DNA of 64,000 nucleotides from a candidate division FCPU426 bacterium (lineage in GTDB: Bacteria; Oederibacteriota; PGYV01; Palsa-1178). The DNA lies in NCBI GenBank assembly GCA_963840035.1, contig CAWIXE010000002.1, positions 960,001 to 1,024,000 on the forward strand. Direction: 5' to 3'. Shown one piece after another: positions 41,612 through 52,225 of this stretch. The position numbers and the translations under genes were made by a program. The notes under the pieces were generated by a model, which made no database searches, was not told where the DNA came from, and saw only the letters and a program-made list of their open reading frames with translations. Each line of letters opens with the position of its first letter. Within the stretch, counting starts at the first letter, position 1.

Positions 41612-42253
41612 TCAGAACCTCCACGAAAGGCGTGCGGGTATGTAATTAAGCGCCCACGCCGAAGGCCCTAAAGGGATGTACCACAACTTAACCACCTGTC
41701 TAAGGTCTGTGGCTTCAGTAAACATCACCGAGAAAGCGGTTGATAAAACCAGGTTGTCGGTAAGGTTAGCTGAAACTCCTACTTCCACAGAGGGAGAAAA
41801 GAAAGATGAAGAGGTGGTTTCAAGCACCGAGTGTATCTCCCCTGTCTCATTCCTCATAGGATAGGAGGCATTGCCGGAATTAAGTTTTTGTCTTGAGACA
41901 AAGGAAAAAGAAGGCAGCAGGTTGATAAAGAGGCTGTATCTTTCATCAATTGCGGAAGTCCTGGCCCCGAGGATTACGGCTATATTGGTTATCGCGTCAT
42001 TATATACCGTGTCAGAAAGCGTTGCGGAATCATTATAAAGCATGGGTATGTAAGTAAGCCTGCCGCCGATATAGAAGTTATTAGTGGCGTTGTAAACGCA
42101 CTGCCCTTCATATACGGGAAGGTTAATAGCCGCCGAAATAGCGTACCCAATCCCGGCCTCAACGCCGTTATCAAAACTCTTCATTTTAAAAGCCGATATA
42201 ACCGGCACAAACAGCGCCACCAAAACAATCGCTCCAATAAGTCTCTTCATCAT
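41612..42253 (-). CDS. Probable small outer-membrane beta-barrel protein
   Basis: AAGGAG RBS, signal peptide, amphipathic strands, ends RLSWRF. Confidence 0.6.
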   Translation of the reverse strand: MMKRLIGAIVLVALFVPVISAFKMKSFDNGVEAGIGYAISAAINLPVYEGQCVYNATNNFYIGGRLTYIPMLYNDSATLSDTVYNDAITNIAVILGARTSAIDERYSLFINLLPSFSFVSRQKLNSGNASYPMRNETGEIHSVLETTSSSFFSPSVEVGVSANLTDNLVLSTAFSVMFTEATDLRQVVKLWYIPLGPSAWALNYIPARLSWRF

Positions 42254-42429
42254 TTCTCCTTTTTCCCCAATAAAACAATTATATTTTATCACGTCTTACA
42301 TATATTAGTCAATTTTTAACCAAATTAGTTCCGTTTAAAAGCCCAATCGTAAATCAACAACAAACAACTTCGCAGCACTTATGCTTTTCCATTATATGCC
42401 CGCACAAGCAACAAAATAGTCAGGTTTTC

Positions 42430-42493
42430 GTAGAGACACAGCTTGCTGTGTCTCGCCTTTCAACGTCTGAGACGCAGCAAGCTGCGTCTCTAC
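42430..42493. repeat. GTAG-type REPIN, family B (copy 1)
   Basis: gtagagacacagcttgctgtgtctc-gcctttcaacgtct-gagacgcagcaagctgcgtctctac, 64 bp. Confidence 0.9.
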
Positions 42494-42548
42494 AAAAATC
42501 CGACTCATCAAGTAGTTCTTAGAATTGCCGTATTACATTTAAAAGCAA

Positions 42549-43202
42549 TTAAAAACTTGTTATGCAACGGGCTGTTTTCATAGGCGTTTTCTTTAACATC
42601 GTTTTATATTTACCATATGTCCGCCATGTTAAAAAACCCATAAAACGCAAATAATAGATTTCGCATGCCTTCAAAAACGAAAATTTTTGCACCTTATTCT
42701 TATCTGAAACCGTCATTAGCCCGACCATATTCTTTCCTATGCTTGGTTTACCCTGATATAAAAACAGCGCAAAGTATGCGATAAACATTATGAACGCTAT
42801 TATCAGATTTACAGCCATTACGAGGTCGCTTATCACAACATAGCCCCGGATAAAGCCCCACTTAAATTCGCCCGTTCTTAAGTATTCCACACTCAGCGTA
42901 ACACAGCTTGTTATCGCGCCGATTGGAATCATCAAAAAAAATGCGTCTATAATAAATGCTGCAGACTTACGTATCCATGACGGCTTTGCGTTAATTATCT
43001 TAACTTTAAAATCAATGCGCTGAAAAAAATATATGAATACAAGATAAAAAACTGCCACCAGCACGCTTTTCAGTGATGAAACGGCATATACTTTTGTAGC
43101 GCCATTGCTTGATTGTATGGATGTGGCTGAACCAGGATTTAAGAAAATAAGAGCCAAAAATATAACAGTAATTATTTTATCCCAGTTTTTAATTTTAACC
43201 AC
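42549..43202 (-). CDS. RDD-family membrane protein
   Basis: RKSAAFIID, YFALF...GKPSIGKNMVGL; AT-rich; GTG start. Confidence 0.75.
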   Translation of the reverse strand: MVKIKNWDKIITVIFLALIFLNPGSATSIQSSNGATKVYAVSSLKSVLVAVFYLVFIYFFQRIDFKVKIINAKPSWIRKSAAFIIDAFFLMIPIGAITSCVTLSVEYLRTGEFKWGFIRGYVVISDLVMAVNLIIAFIMFIAYFALFLYQGKPSIGKNMVGLMTVSDKNKVQKFSFLKACEIYYLRFMGFLTWRTYGKYKTMLKKTPMKTARCITSF

Positions 43203-43245
43203 ATCGCCTTCCTATTCATCTTTGTATTATAAGAATCACAAACCT

Positions 43246-43309
43246 GTAGAGACACAGCTTGCTGTGTCTCGCCCTTCAACGTCTGAGACGCAGCAAGCCG
43301 CGTCTCTAC
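43246..43309. repeat. GTAG-type REPIN, family B (copy 2)
   Basis: 62/64 identical to 42430-42493, same orientation. Confidence 0.9.
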
Positions 43310-43324
43310 AAAAAACAGAACAGG

Positions 43325-46147
43325 TCAGCACTTCGTCCTGCCCATGTGCTTGCACAGGTACTGCCCTGTATAGGAATTCTTCACCTTCATTATTTCTTCC
43401 GGCGAACCTACAGCTACCACATTTCCGCCTTTATCCCCGCCTTCAGGGCCTATGTCTATGATATAGTCGGAGTTTTTAACAACATCAAGGTTGTGTTCTA
43501 TTACCACAACCGTATTTCCCAGCTCAACCAGCCTGTTTAATACCGTCAGCAGTTTTTCAATATCCGCGAAATGCAGCCCTGTTGTGGGCTCGTCAAGTAT
43601 GTAAAAGGTGGAGCCTGTGGAGCGCTTGCAGAGCTCTTCGGCGAGCTTTACCCTCTGCGCTTCGCCGCCGGAGAGGGTTGTCGCCTGCTGTCCCATTGTT
43701 ATATAGCCAAGCCCCACTTCATCAAGCGTTTCAAGGACAGTTTTTATCTTGGGTACGTTGGCGAAGAACTTTAACGCGTCCTCCACCCTCATATTCAGGA
43801 CATCTGATATTGATTTATCCTTATAAAGTATCTCCAGGGTCTCCCTGTTATATCTCTTACCACCGCACTCCTCGCACGGCACATATACATCCGGCAAAAA
43901 GTGCATTTCTATCTTGATAATGCCGTCTCCGCCGCATACTTCGCACCTGCCGCCCTTGACATTAAAACTGAAACGCCCCGGTTCGTATCCGCGCAGTTTT
44001 GCTTCCTTGGTATTCGCGAAGATGTCCCTTATCTCGGTAAAAACACCCGTATATGTGGCCGGGTTTGAGCGCGGCGTCCTTCCTATGGGAGACTGGTCTA
44101 TCTCTATGACTTTGTCCACCTGCTGCCAGCCAATCATTTCCTTATAACCCGAGGGCCTTAAACCGCCCCTGTAAACCTCATACATGAGAGCCGGGAAAAG
44201 AGTCTCCGCAATCAGCGATGATTTGCCCGAGCCTGATACGCCCGTGATGCATATGAAATTACCCAGCGGGAACCTGACATTTATGTCCTTTAAGTTATTC
44301 GTTGTGGCGCCGCGGAGCTCTATGTACTTTTCCGCGCTTCTTTTTGATGTCTTTGGTATGGTTATCTTTGTCTTGTTATTTAAATATTTCGCCGTAAGTG
44401 ATGTCTTGTGTTTTAAAATATCCTCCAGCGTCCCTGCCACAACAATTTCGCCGCCATGAACGCCCGGCCCGGGGCCCATGTCTATAACAAAATCGGCCTT
44501 GACTATTGTTTCCTCGTCATGTTCGACGACTATGACTGTATTCCCGAGGTCCCTCAGCTTTTTCAGGGTGCCAAGGAGTTTTTCGTTGTCGCGCTGGTGA
44601 AGCCCTATGGAGGGTTCGTCAAGGATATAAAGCACGCCCATTAACCCCACGCCTATCTGGGTGGCAAGGTGTATCCTCTGGAATTCGCCGCCGGAGAGCG
44701 TGCCTGATTTGCGGTCCAGGGTCAGGTACGCAAGGCCGACGTTTAAGAGGAACTGCAGCCTTCCTTTTATCTCCTTGAGGATCTGCTTTGATATAAGCTC
44801 GTCCTTTTTTGAAAGTTCAATCGAATTAAAATAAGCGTAGGCCTTTTCAATGGACATGGAAGATGCTTCAACAATGGTCTTCCCGCCCACGCGCACATTC
44901 GCGGCCTCGGGCTTTAGCCTTTTGCCGCCGCATGTCCGGCATTCCTTTTCCATCATGTATTTCTGAAATATGTCGTCGCGTATCCTCTCGGTATCAGTAT
45001 CCTTATAGCGCCTTTCCAGGAACGGTATGAGCCCTTCAAACCCGCCTGTGTGCTTCCAGTCGGACGTATAACTTTTGTATTTATATTTGATGTTCTCGTC
45101 GGAACCGTATAAAATTATCTTCCTTATCTTATCCGGTAGTTTTTTAAATGGTATGCTAAGGCTGAATTTAAAATGCTCGGCTATGCCTGAAACCAGGTGC
45201 CAGTAATACCCGTCCCTGTTGCCCCACGGTTTTAAAGCCCCGTCCTGTATGGACAGTTCCTCGTTTACCACAAGCTTTTCATCCACTTCCACCCTGCTGC
45301 CTATTCCCATGCATTCCGGGCACGCGCCAAACGGGCTGTTAAACGAGAACAGCCTGGGCTCAAGCTTCTGCATTGAGAAGCCGCACTTCGAGCATGAGAG
45401 CTTTTCGGAGAAAAGCGTGTCTGTGTTTTTTTCCGAATCATTTATGATGGCAATACCCTCGCCTATTTTTACGGCGAGCTCCACAGACTGGGTTATCCTT
45501 TTCTTTTCCGCCGCGGACACGGCTATCCTGTCGACCACTATTTCCACGCTGTGTTTTTTGTTCTTTTCAATGGTTATCTTGTCTTCCACGGATTTCACAA
45601 CGCCGTCCACACGGACCCTTAAAAAGCCTTCTTTCTTAATATTCTCAAACATTTTGGAGTACTCGCCTTTTCTTCCCGAGATTACCGGGGCGAGTATGAG
45701 TATCTTCGTGCCTTCCTTCATTTCCAGCACCCGGTCAGTTATCTGCTGGACGCTTACCGACTTTATCTGGGTTCCGTCATTGGGGCAGTATGGCACGCCG
45801 ATCCTGGCCCAGAGCAGCCTGAAGTAATCGTAAATCTCGGTAATGGTCCCTACTGTGGACCTCGGGTTTGACCCGGCGCTTTTCTGCTCTATGGCGATTG
45901 CCGGCGATAGACCTTCTATGGTATCAACATCAGGCTTCTGCATCTGCCCGAGGAACTGCCTGGCGTACGCTGAAAGCGATTCCACGTAGCGCCTCTGGCC
46001 TTCCGCGTATATGGTGTCAAACGCCAGCGAAGACTTGCCGGAGCCCGATACCCCCGTTATGACAACGAGCTTGTCGCGGGGTATGCTGATATCTATATTC
46101 TTGAGATTGTGTTCCCTTGCGCCTTTGATTGTTATGAATGATGCCAC
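43325..46147 (-). CDS. uvrA: Excinuclease ABC subunit A
   Basis: GAREHNLKN, two GVSGSGKSS Walker A motifs, Zn fingers, LSGGEAQR. Confidence 0.99.
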   Translation of the reverse strand: MASFITIKGAREHNLKNIDISIPRDKLVVITGVSGSGKSSLAFDTIYAEGQRRYVESLSAYARQFLGQMQKPDVDTIEGLSPAIAIEQKSAGSNPRSTVGTITEIYDYFRLLWARIGVPYCPNDGTQIKSVSVQQITDRVLEMKEGTKILILAPVISGRKGEYSKMFENIKKEGFLRVRVDGVVKSVEDKITIEKNKKHSVEIVVDRIAVSAAEKKRITQSVELAVKIGEGIAIINDSEKNTDTLFSEKLSCSKCGFSMQKLEPRLFSFNSPFGACPECMGIGSRVEVDEKLVVNEELSIQDGALKPWGNRDGYYWHLVSGIAEHFKFSLSIPFKKLPDKIRKIILYGSDENIKYKYKSYTSDWKHTGGFEGLIPFLERRYKDTDTERIRDDIFQKYMMEKECRTCGGKRLKPEAANVRVGGKTIVEASSMSIEKAYAYFNSIELSKKDELISKQILKEIKGRLQFLLNVGLAYLTLDRKSGTLSGGEFQRIHLATQIGVGLMGVLYILDEPSIGLHQRDNEKLLGTLKKLRDLGNTVIVVEHDEETIVKADFVIDMGPGPGVHGGEIVVAGTLEDILKHKTSLTAKYLNNKTKITIPKTSKRSAEKYIELRGATTNNLKDINVRFPLGNFICITGVSGSGKSSLIAETLFPALMYEVYRGGLRPSGYKEMIGWQQVDKVIEIDQSPIGRTPRSNPATYTGVFTEIRDIFANTKEAKLRGYEPGRFSFNVKGGRCEVCGGDGIIKIEMHFLPDVYVPCEECGGKRYNRETLEILYKDKSISDVLNMRVEDALKFFANVPKIKTVLETLDEVGLGYITMGQQATTLSGGEAQRVKLAEELCKRSTGSTFYILDEPTTGLHFADIEKLLTVLNRLVELGNTVVVIEHNLDVVKNSDYIIDIGPEGGDKGGNVVAVGSPEEIMKVKNSYTGQYLCKHMGRTKC

Positions 46148-46157
46148 TTTACACCTG

Positions 46158-46862
46158 TTATTGTAGCAGCCCTTGCGGATTGCTTATTTTCTTCTCACTT
46201 AACATGAAAAGAATTCTGTCGTACGCGTACTTTTTTGTTTCCTTATCCTTTGTGTTCTTATAGACCCAGGCCCAGTACTTTGCCGCCTCATCAGGGGTTT
46301 TGGAGACTTCATATATGTTTCCCAGCAGCCTTTCAATTATTGCGGGATGGTCGTTAAACTTCAGCGCGTCCTCCAGCAGGCTTATGTATTTAAGGGTATC
46401 CCCCTGCTTGCTGTACATGATGGCCGCCATGTAATACCTGAGTTTCCAGAACTGCGGGTTATAACGCAGCCCCTTTTGTATCACGGCAATTGCCTCGTCA
46501 TATTTTTTAAGGTTAAACGCGAGTATGGCTCCGCCGTAAGTGTAAGCGAAGGTAAAGTGCGGGTCAGCGTCAGTCATGTTGTCAATATACGTGTAGAGTT
46601 TGGTCCACCTGCCGGTCATATTGGACCTGTCGCCGTAATACTGCAGGAAGGATATGTATTCAAAATCCGCCAGCAGCGCCCTGTATCCGAAGGAAACGCC
46701 CATGATATGGTCAAACTTCTTATACGAATGCGGTGTCAGAAAATACCAGTCAGGCTGTGTGGCGAAAAGCATTTTTGCGGCGCCGGAGCTGAAAAAACAC
46801 ATTCCAGCCGCCATGATAACAGCCGATACGGCAAGCACGGACTTCCTGGCAAAAGATCCCAT
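46158..46862 (-). CDS. TPR-like membrane-anchored protein (PilG/XapA-like) partnering the ABC transporter
   Basis: [37 protein letters not shown]; start MGSFARK at 46862. Confidence 0.6.
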   Translation of the reverse strand: MGSFARKSVLAVSAVIMAAGMCFFSSGAAKMLFATQPDWYFLTPHSYKKFDHIMGVSFGYRALLADFEYISFLQYYGDRSNMTGRWTKLYTYIDNMTDADPHFTFAYTYGGAILAFNLKKYDEAIAVIQKGLRYNPQFWKLRYYMAAIMYSKQGDTLKYISLLEDALKFNDHPAIIERLLGNIYEVSKTPDEAAKYWAWVYKNTKDKETKKYAYDRILFMLSEKKISNPQGLLQ

Positions 46863-46863
46863 T

Positions 46864-47637
46864 TTAGAATTCCTTTTTTTCAAATATAAACGAAGCAGCC
46901 ATGAGCGTGATGGCCGCATACAGCACAGCGTAACCCAGCACAAACCCCAGATAATTGATGTTAAAGATCCCTTCGGGCGAGGATATTTTATCCTTAAGGT
47001 TAAAAAGCTCCATGTTTGGCACTATGTAATAAACCGCGTCAACCGCTGTTTTTACGACCATATCCGAACCCGCCTTTACAAGGTTCTTTAAATGTATGGT
47101 CAGGTGGCCCAGCGCGTAGAGGAACACGAGGTAAATAACGCATGTCGGGACAGACGTCGTAATCACGGAAAGAAGCAGCGCGGTCGAGGCGATAGTGGCC
47201 ACGCCCATGAAGGAATAAAACGCCGACACAATTAACCGCAGGTCCCACGGGTCCCCGCCTTTAATCGAAATGATCACCATAAGCACGATGAGCATCATCA
47301 GCACATTAATAAAAAGGGTCGCGGCGATGCCTAGATATTTGCCCACTATGTATTCATGGCGCCTGATCGGCTTGACCATAATCATGGATATGGTCTTTAA
47401 CTCTGTCTCCTCGAACATCTGGATGGTGATGGAAAGCGCCAATGTGAGGAACGCGAATATCGATATGGCAAAAAGTCCGAAATCCAGCACCATCTTCATC
47501 TCAGATTCCTGGGCAAGCGCCGATATGGCAAGAGAAAAGCCTATGGCAAAGACCGCGAATATGACAAGAATATTCAGCATCTTGTTCCTGAAGCTCTGCT
47601 TGAAGATGTATTCCGCCACAGCGAGAATCCGCCTCAT
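46864..47637 (-). CDS. ABC-2-type transporter permease (PilI/XapB-like)
   Basis: Six TM helices; E.E.KTI..I..KPI.R.EY.VGKY.G; FEKKEF end. Confidence 0.85.
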   Translation of the reverse strand: MRRILAVAEYIFKQSFRNKMLNILVIFAVFAIGFSLAISALAQESEMKMVLDFGLFAISIFAFLTLALSITIQMFEETELKTISMIMVKPIRRHEYIVGKYLGIAATLFINVLMMLIVLMVIISIKGGDPWDLRLIVSAFYSFMGVATIASTALLLSVITTSVPTCVIYLVFLYALGHLTIHLKNLVKAGSDMVVKTAVDAVYYIVPNMELFNLKDKISSPEGIFNINYLGFVLGYAVLYAAITLMAASFIFEKKEF

Positions 47638-48383
47638 TTTTCCACCCCCGCGGTCACTTTTTTAACGAAGTAATTTTCCATGGATTTATATTTCTTCATT
47701 ATGGGTTTCAACGGGCTGACGTCCACAAGCACGCCCTTATTAAGCACCGCCACCCTGTTGCATATCTTTTCCACTTCGCTTAATATGTGCGTGTTAAAGA
47801 ATATGGTCTTTCCCCTTGCGTGCAGGGCGAGTATTATGTCCCTGGTCTCCTTGTATCCGAGCGGGTCCAGCCCTGACATGGGCTCGTCCAAAAATAAAAG
47901 GTCCGGGTCGTTTATAATAGCCTGCGCCAGGCCGAGCCTTCCCTGCATGCCCTTGGAAAGCCCCTTAACCATGGTATTCGCCTTATCTTTTAACCTCACG
48001 GTATCAAGGACATCATCTATTTTCTTATTCACAGTATCAGCGGGTATGCCAAGTACCGCGGCAAAATATTCAAGGACTTCCCTGACTTTTAAATATTTAG
48101 GAAAATAAGGCAGTTCAGAGAGATACCCTATGCGCGCACGCACGCTTATATCGTCTACGGATTTGCCGAATATTTTTATGCTGCCCGAAGTCGGTTTCAA
48201 AAGCCCTAAAAGGACTTTCATAAGCGTTGTCTTACCCGCGCCATTTAACCCAAGAAGCCCGAATATCTCGCCTTTGTATACGGTAAGATTAACATCTGAG
48301 ATGGCTGTAGTCCTGTCCTTCTTCCAGAAATCAAGCGCTTTGTAAATCTTTGTCGCGTTTTTTATCTCTACAACAGGTTCCAT
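47634..48383 (-). CDS. ABC transporter ATP-binding protein (PilH/XapD-like)
   Basis: GLNGAGKTT, LSKGM, LDEPMSGLDPLG. Confidence 0.93.
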   Translation of the reverse strand: MEPVVEIKNATKIYKALDFWKKDRTTAISDVNLTVYKGEIFGLLGLNGAGKTTLMKVLLGLLKPTSGSIKIFGKSVDDISVRARIGYLSELPYFPKYLKVREVLEYFAAVLGIPADTVNKKIDDVLDTVRLKDKANTMVKGLSKGMQGRLGLAQAIINDPDLLFLDEPMSGLDPLGYKETRDIILALHARGKTIFFNTHILSEVEKICNRVAVLNKGVLVDVSPLKPIMKKYKSMENYFVKKVTAGVEK

Positions 48384-48399
48384 AATACCTCCATGAATC

Positions 48400-48492
48400 A
48401 GCTTAAAACTGAAAGCTTAAAACTGAAAATTGAGTCAAAACCGGACTTGAAATATTATTTCATTTTCAGTTTTCAGCTTTAAACTTTAAATT
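48400..48492. repeat. 7-bp-period inverted array (ARCTKAA / TTMAGYT)
   Basis: agcttaa aactgaa agcttaa aactgaa aattga ... tttcatt ttcagtt ttcagct ttaaact ttaaatt. Confidence 0.85.
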
Positions 48493-48496
48493 TGTC

Positions 48497-49309
48497 TTAC
48501 GACCCTATATGTATCGGGTCGACTATCTTCTTAATCAGCACTATGACCGACAGCGCCGTTATATAACTGGTTTTAGGGTTGCGCGGCGACGGAAGATTCT
48601 CCGATATGACCCTGAAACGGCCGAACTCGCCTTCGACTATTATTTCGTGCATATTTGAATTAATGAAAGGGTCTATGACTATCTTTACTTTTGTCCTATC
48701 CGGCCCAATTCCTGCGATGCTTAACGTGGCTGCCACGTTCACGTTTGCCGGGAAATGCACCACTGCTTCCCTTGCTGACCCGTCGAACACGACAGTTTCC
48801 GTGGTAATAGCATCAAGGTTAATCTTCATCTTTTCAAGGTATTCGTTTCCCTTAAACGCCTGCGGCGGTTTGCGGGTAATAAGCGTGACTGAAGTCAGTC
48901 CGCTGAGTTTGGCCGCGTCAAGTCCGTCAATCCCCACCACGGCGCCGGACGGGACATAAATATTTATCTTCTGTTTCCTTGCCTCCTCCACGAGGTCCAT
49001 GCAGTCGAGCACTCCTCCGGCAGAGAGGAACATGATGTCCCTTTTATGCTTTATCGCCAGCTCAAAAAAGCCCCTTACGGCGGATTTAACCGCGCATTCC
49101 ACAACCAGGTCGCAGGACTTTATGAGGTCTTCGACATCCATGAATATCGGTTTTACGCTTTTATACTTTGCGGAAAGCGCGTCAAACTTTGACTTGTCCT
49201 TGTCATAGCAGGCGTGCAAAGTAACATTTATGTCCCCTTTGTCAATGGCCATGGCTATTTCGCTTCCGATGTTACCGCACCCAATTACCCCGAGTTTTTT
49301 CGTGTCCAT
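48497..49309 (-). CDS. nadX: L-aspartate dehydrogenase
   Basis: IGCGNIG, VVECA, PSGA..G.D, RKPP, FPANVNVAA, NPKTS. Confidence 0.93.
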   Translation of the reverse strand: MDTKKLGVIGCGNIGSEIAMAIDKGDINVTLHACYDKDKSKFDALSAKYKSVKPIFMDVEDLIKSCDLVVECAVKSAVRGFFELAIKHKRDIMFLSAGGVLDCMDLVEEARKQKINIYVPSGAVVGIDGLDAAKLSGLTSVTLITRKPPQAFKGNEYLEKMKINLDAITTETVVFDGSAREAVVHFPANVNVAATLSIAGIGPDRTKVKIVIDPFINSNMHEIIVEGEFGRFRVISENLPSPRNPKTSYITALSVIVLIKKIVDPIHIGS

Positions 49310-49318
49310 TTTTTCCCT

Positions 49319-49666
49319 CTACTTTATCCTGTTATTTTTATCCACTTTCACGATGCGCGGTTTAAAGGCCGACCTTTGCCCCGCCTCGACCAATCCGTAT
49401 GACACAATGATAATGACGTCATTTTTTTCGGCGAGCCTGGCGGCCGCGCCGTTTATGCATATCTGCCCCGAACCTTTTTTTCCTTTTATGACATATGTCT
49501 CAAACCGGTTCCCGTTATTGATATTAAGGACATGCACTTTCTCATTTTCAAAAATATCCGCCGCTTCCATGAGCTTCTCGTCTATGGTAATGGACCCCTC
49601 GTATTCAAGGTGTTTATCCGTCACACTCGCGCGGTGAATTTTTGATTTCAGCATTTCTACAAGCAT
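49319..49666 (-). CDS. panD: Aspartate 1-decarboxylase
   Basis: [15 protein letters not shown] (Gly24-Ser25 when started at 49666), NGAAAR. Confidence 0.97.
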   Translation of the reverse strand: MLVEMLKSKIHRASVTDKHLEYEGSITIDEKLMEAADIFENEKVHVLNINNGNRFETYVIKGKKGSGQICINGAAARLAEKNDVIIIVSYGLVEAGQRSAFKPRIVKVDKNNRIK

Positions 49667-49685
49667 TGGAACCTCCATAAGGGCG

Positions 49686-49717
49686 AATTTTCAATTTTAA
49701 ATTTTATATTTTCAATT
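49686..49717. repeat. 7-bp-period array (AATTTTN)
   Basis: aattttc aatttta aatttta tattttc aatt. Confidence 0.75.
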
Positions 49718-49727
49718 AACACCGGAA

Positions 49728-50579
49728 CTACCCAGCTTGAATTATCGTATTGTCAATCAACCTGGTTTTGCCCACATATATCGCTGCCGCGATTAAAGCG
49801 CTGCCGGTTATCTTTTCGAGCGGCTTTAATGTCTTAGCGTCGACTATCTCCACGTAATCTATCTCTATGTTTGATTCCTTTAGTTTCCTTCTTATTTCCT
49901 TCTTCAGCGTATCGCAGGACTTTTCCCCGAGTTCTATCATGCTTTCCGCCATCTGCAGCGACTTATAAAGCGCCGGCGCGGTATTGCGCTCCTCAGGCGT
50001 TAAGTACATGTTCCTGGAGCTCAGCGCGAGGCCGTCCTTTTCCCTGAAAATCGGGCACACCACAACCTCGGTCTGATAGTTCAGGTCGGCGGCCATCTTT
50101 GTCAGCACTACGGACTGCTGCGCGTCTTTCTGGCCCAGGTAAAGCCTGTCGGGTTTTACTATATTAAGGAGCTTAGTCACTATGGTAGTAACGCCCTTAA
50201 AATGTTCGGGCCTTGTAATGCCGCAAAGGCATTTTGTCATTTCATTTTCGAGCGCCACGTACGTGGCGTACCCTTCCGGGTACATCATGGCGTTGTCCGG
50301 CGTAAACACGCAGTCAACTTTTTTCGACGCCTTTAGCATTTTCAGGTCCTTCTTAATGGGCCTGGGATACTTTTCAAAATCCTCGCCGGCCCCGAACTGT
50401 GAGGGATTCACATAAATGCTTACTATGACCTTTTCATTTTGCTTATCAGCTGCCTCAACAAGCGACATGTGCCCTTCATGAAGCGCGCCCATAGTCGGGA
50501 CGAACCCGATGGTATGGCTGCGTTTCTTCAGCTTTGCCGTGTATTCATGCATTTCACTTAAAGTACCGATAATTTTCAT
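49728..50579 (-). CDS. panC: Pantoate--beta-alanine ligase
   Basis: VPTMGALHEGH, RPEHFKGV, GQKDAQQ, LALSSRN, RLIDN. Confidence 0.97.
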   Translation of the reverse strand: MKIIGTLSEMHEYTAKLKKRSHTIGFVPTMGALHEGHMSLVEAADKQNEKVIVSIYVNPSQFGAGEDFEKYPRPIKKDLKMLKASKKVDCVFTPDNAMMYPEGYATYVALENEMTKCLCGITRPEHFKGVTTIVTKLLNIVKPDRLYLGQKDAQQSVVLTKMAADLNYQTEVVVCPIFREKDGLALSSRNMYLTPEERNTAPALYKSLQMAESMIELGEKSCDTLKKEIRRKLKESNIEIDYVEIVDAKTLKPLEKITGSALIAAAIYVGKTRLIDNTIIQAG

Positions 50580-50616
50580 TTCGCTCCTTATAAAATTACA
50601 CTCATTTTCTCAGCCA

Positions 50617-50765
50617 GTCATTGCGATGAGGCGCCTATTACTTCGCCGACAAAGTCCTTCGACTTCGCTCAGGGCCATGAGCCTGTCGAATGGCAATCTG
50701 GCTGTTTTAGAACTTAAACCAGATTGCTTCGTCGCCATAAATCAAATACGGCTCCTCGCAATGAC
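50617..50765. repeat. Composite REP-like element, family A (copy 2)
   Basis: gtcattgcga...tcgcaatgac ends; same internal ccttcgacttcgctcagg..catgagcctgtcgaatgg module as 34720-34879. Confidence 0.9.
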
Positions 50766-50788
50766 AGTCCTTAACATTCACGCCATGC

Positions 50789-51577
50789 TTAATAATAATT
50801 CTTTTTACCCGGGAACTTCCTGCCTCTGACGTCAGCCGAGAATTTTTTTACGGCTGTCACGGTGCGCGCCGCTATCTTTTCATATTGTTTTACAAACGAC
50901 GGCTTGAAATCCTCAAACGCTCCGAGCATGTCGTGCGTGACAAGCACCTGTCCGTCGCACCATGGCCCCGCGCCTATGCCGATGACCGGCACTTTTACAG
51001 CTTTTGTTATCTCAGCGGCTGTTTTTGCCTCTGTTTTTTCCAGGACAATCGAGAAAACGCCGGCTTTTTCCAGCTGCATGGCTTCCTGTATAAGGCGCTG
51101 CTTGTCTTCCTCTGTCCTTCCCTGCACCGGATACCCGCCGTATTTATTCACTGACTGGGGCTGAAGCCCTATGTGGCCCATGACAGGCACGCCTATGGCT
51201 ACCAGCGCCTTAACCTGCGGGATTATCTCTGCCCCGCCTTCTATTTTTACGGCGGACGCGCCTGATTCTTTCATTAACTTTCCGCAGTTCTTCAGCGCGT
51301 CTTTTACGGAAGCCTGATACGTCATGAACGGCATATCAGCCACAACCATGGTTTTTAACGCGCCGCGCTTTACCGATTTCACGTGGTAAATAACCTCTTC
51401 AAGCGTAACCGGAAGAGTGTCTTTTATCCCCTGAAAAACCATTCCAAGGGAATCGCCCACCAGTATTATATCGACGCCTGATTTTTCGAGGTATGACGCC
51501 ATCAGGTAATCATACGCGGTAAGCATAACTATCTTCTGTTTTGACTTAAGTGATTTGACGAACGGGGCGGTAAGCAT
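50789..51577 (-). CDS. panB: 3-methyl-2-oxobutanoate hydroxymethyltransferase
   Basis: MLTAYD, LVGDSLG, ADMPF, GHIGLQPQ, GIGAG..CDGQVLV. Confidence 0.97.
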   Translation of the reverse strand: MLTAPFVKSLKSKQKIVMLTAYDYLMASYLEKSGVDIILVGDSLGMVFQGIKDTLPVTLEEVIYHVKSVKRGALKTMVVADMPFMTYQASVKDALKNCGKLMKESGASAVKIEGGAEIIPQVKALVAIGVPVMGHIGLQPQSVNKYGGYPVQGRTEEDKQRLIQEAMQLEKAGVFSIVLEKTEAKTAAEITKAVKVPVIGIGAGPWCDGQVLVTHDMLGAFEDFKPSFVKQYEKIAARTVTAVKKFSADVRGRKFPGKKNYY

Positions 51578-52225
51578 TTATTTCTCCTGCCTCGGGGTGT
51601 AATAGTTTATGCCGCCTTTAATATTCAGCACATAATTTTTTATCATCTGGTAGGCCTTTTTGTCAGAGGCAAAATCCACCTCGTCAGTATTTACAATGGC
51701 AAGCGGCGCCGATGTAAACGTGGAGAAAAAGTGGTTATAGGCCTGCGTGAGGTTGTATAAGTATTCCTTGGAAACTGATTTTTCAAAACTGCGTCCGCGC
51801 TTTTTTATCCTTTCCATAAGCGTTTCAATGGAAGCCTGCAGATAAATCACCAGATCCGGCTTTGCCAGGTTGCCTTCGTTGACAACGCTGGAGTATATCT
51901 TTTCATACAGGTTAAGTTCGTTTTCATTTAGGGTGATATACGCGAATATGCGGTCCTTTTCTATAAGGTAATCCGCCACTATCTTTTTTGAAAAGAGGTC
52001 CATCTGCTTTAAGGGTTCCTGCTGCATGGCGCGGTTGACCAGGAATGTAAGCTGGGTCTGAAGGGCAAACGTGTCCATATCCTTATAAAATTTCTCAAGG
52101 AAAGGGTTATTGTCAACCTGCTCTAATACGATCTTTGCCTCAAGGTCGTCCGCAAGCATCTTGGCAAAAGTGGTCTTGCCGACACCGAGGACCCCCTCAA
52201 CCGCTATATAGTGAAAATCCTTCAT
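51578..52225 (-). CDS. Deoxynucleoside kinase
   Basis: VEG..GVGKTT, NPFLEKFY, PDLVIYL, RI.KRGR.FE. Confidence 0.92.
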   Translation of the reverse strand: MKDFHYIAVEGVLGVGKTTFAKMLADDLEAKIVLEQVDNNPFLEKFYKDMDTFALQTQLTFLVNRAMQQEPLKQMDLFSKKIVADYLIEKDRIFAYITLNENELNLYEKIYSSVVNEGNLAKPDLVIYLQASIETLMERIKKRGRSFEKSVSKEYLYNLTQAYNHFFSTFTSAPLAIVNTDEVDFASDKKAYQMIKNYVLNIKGGINYYTPRQEK

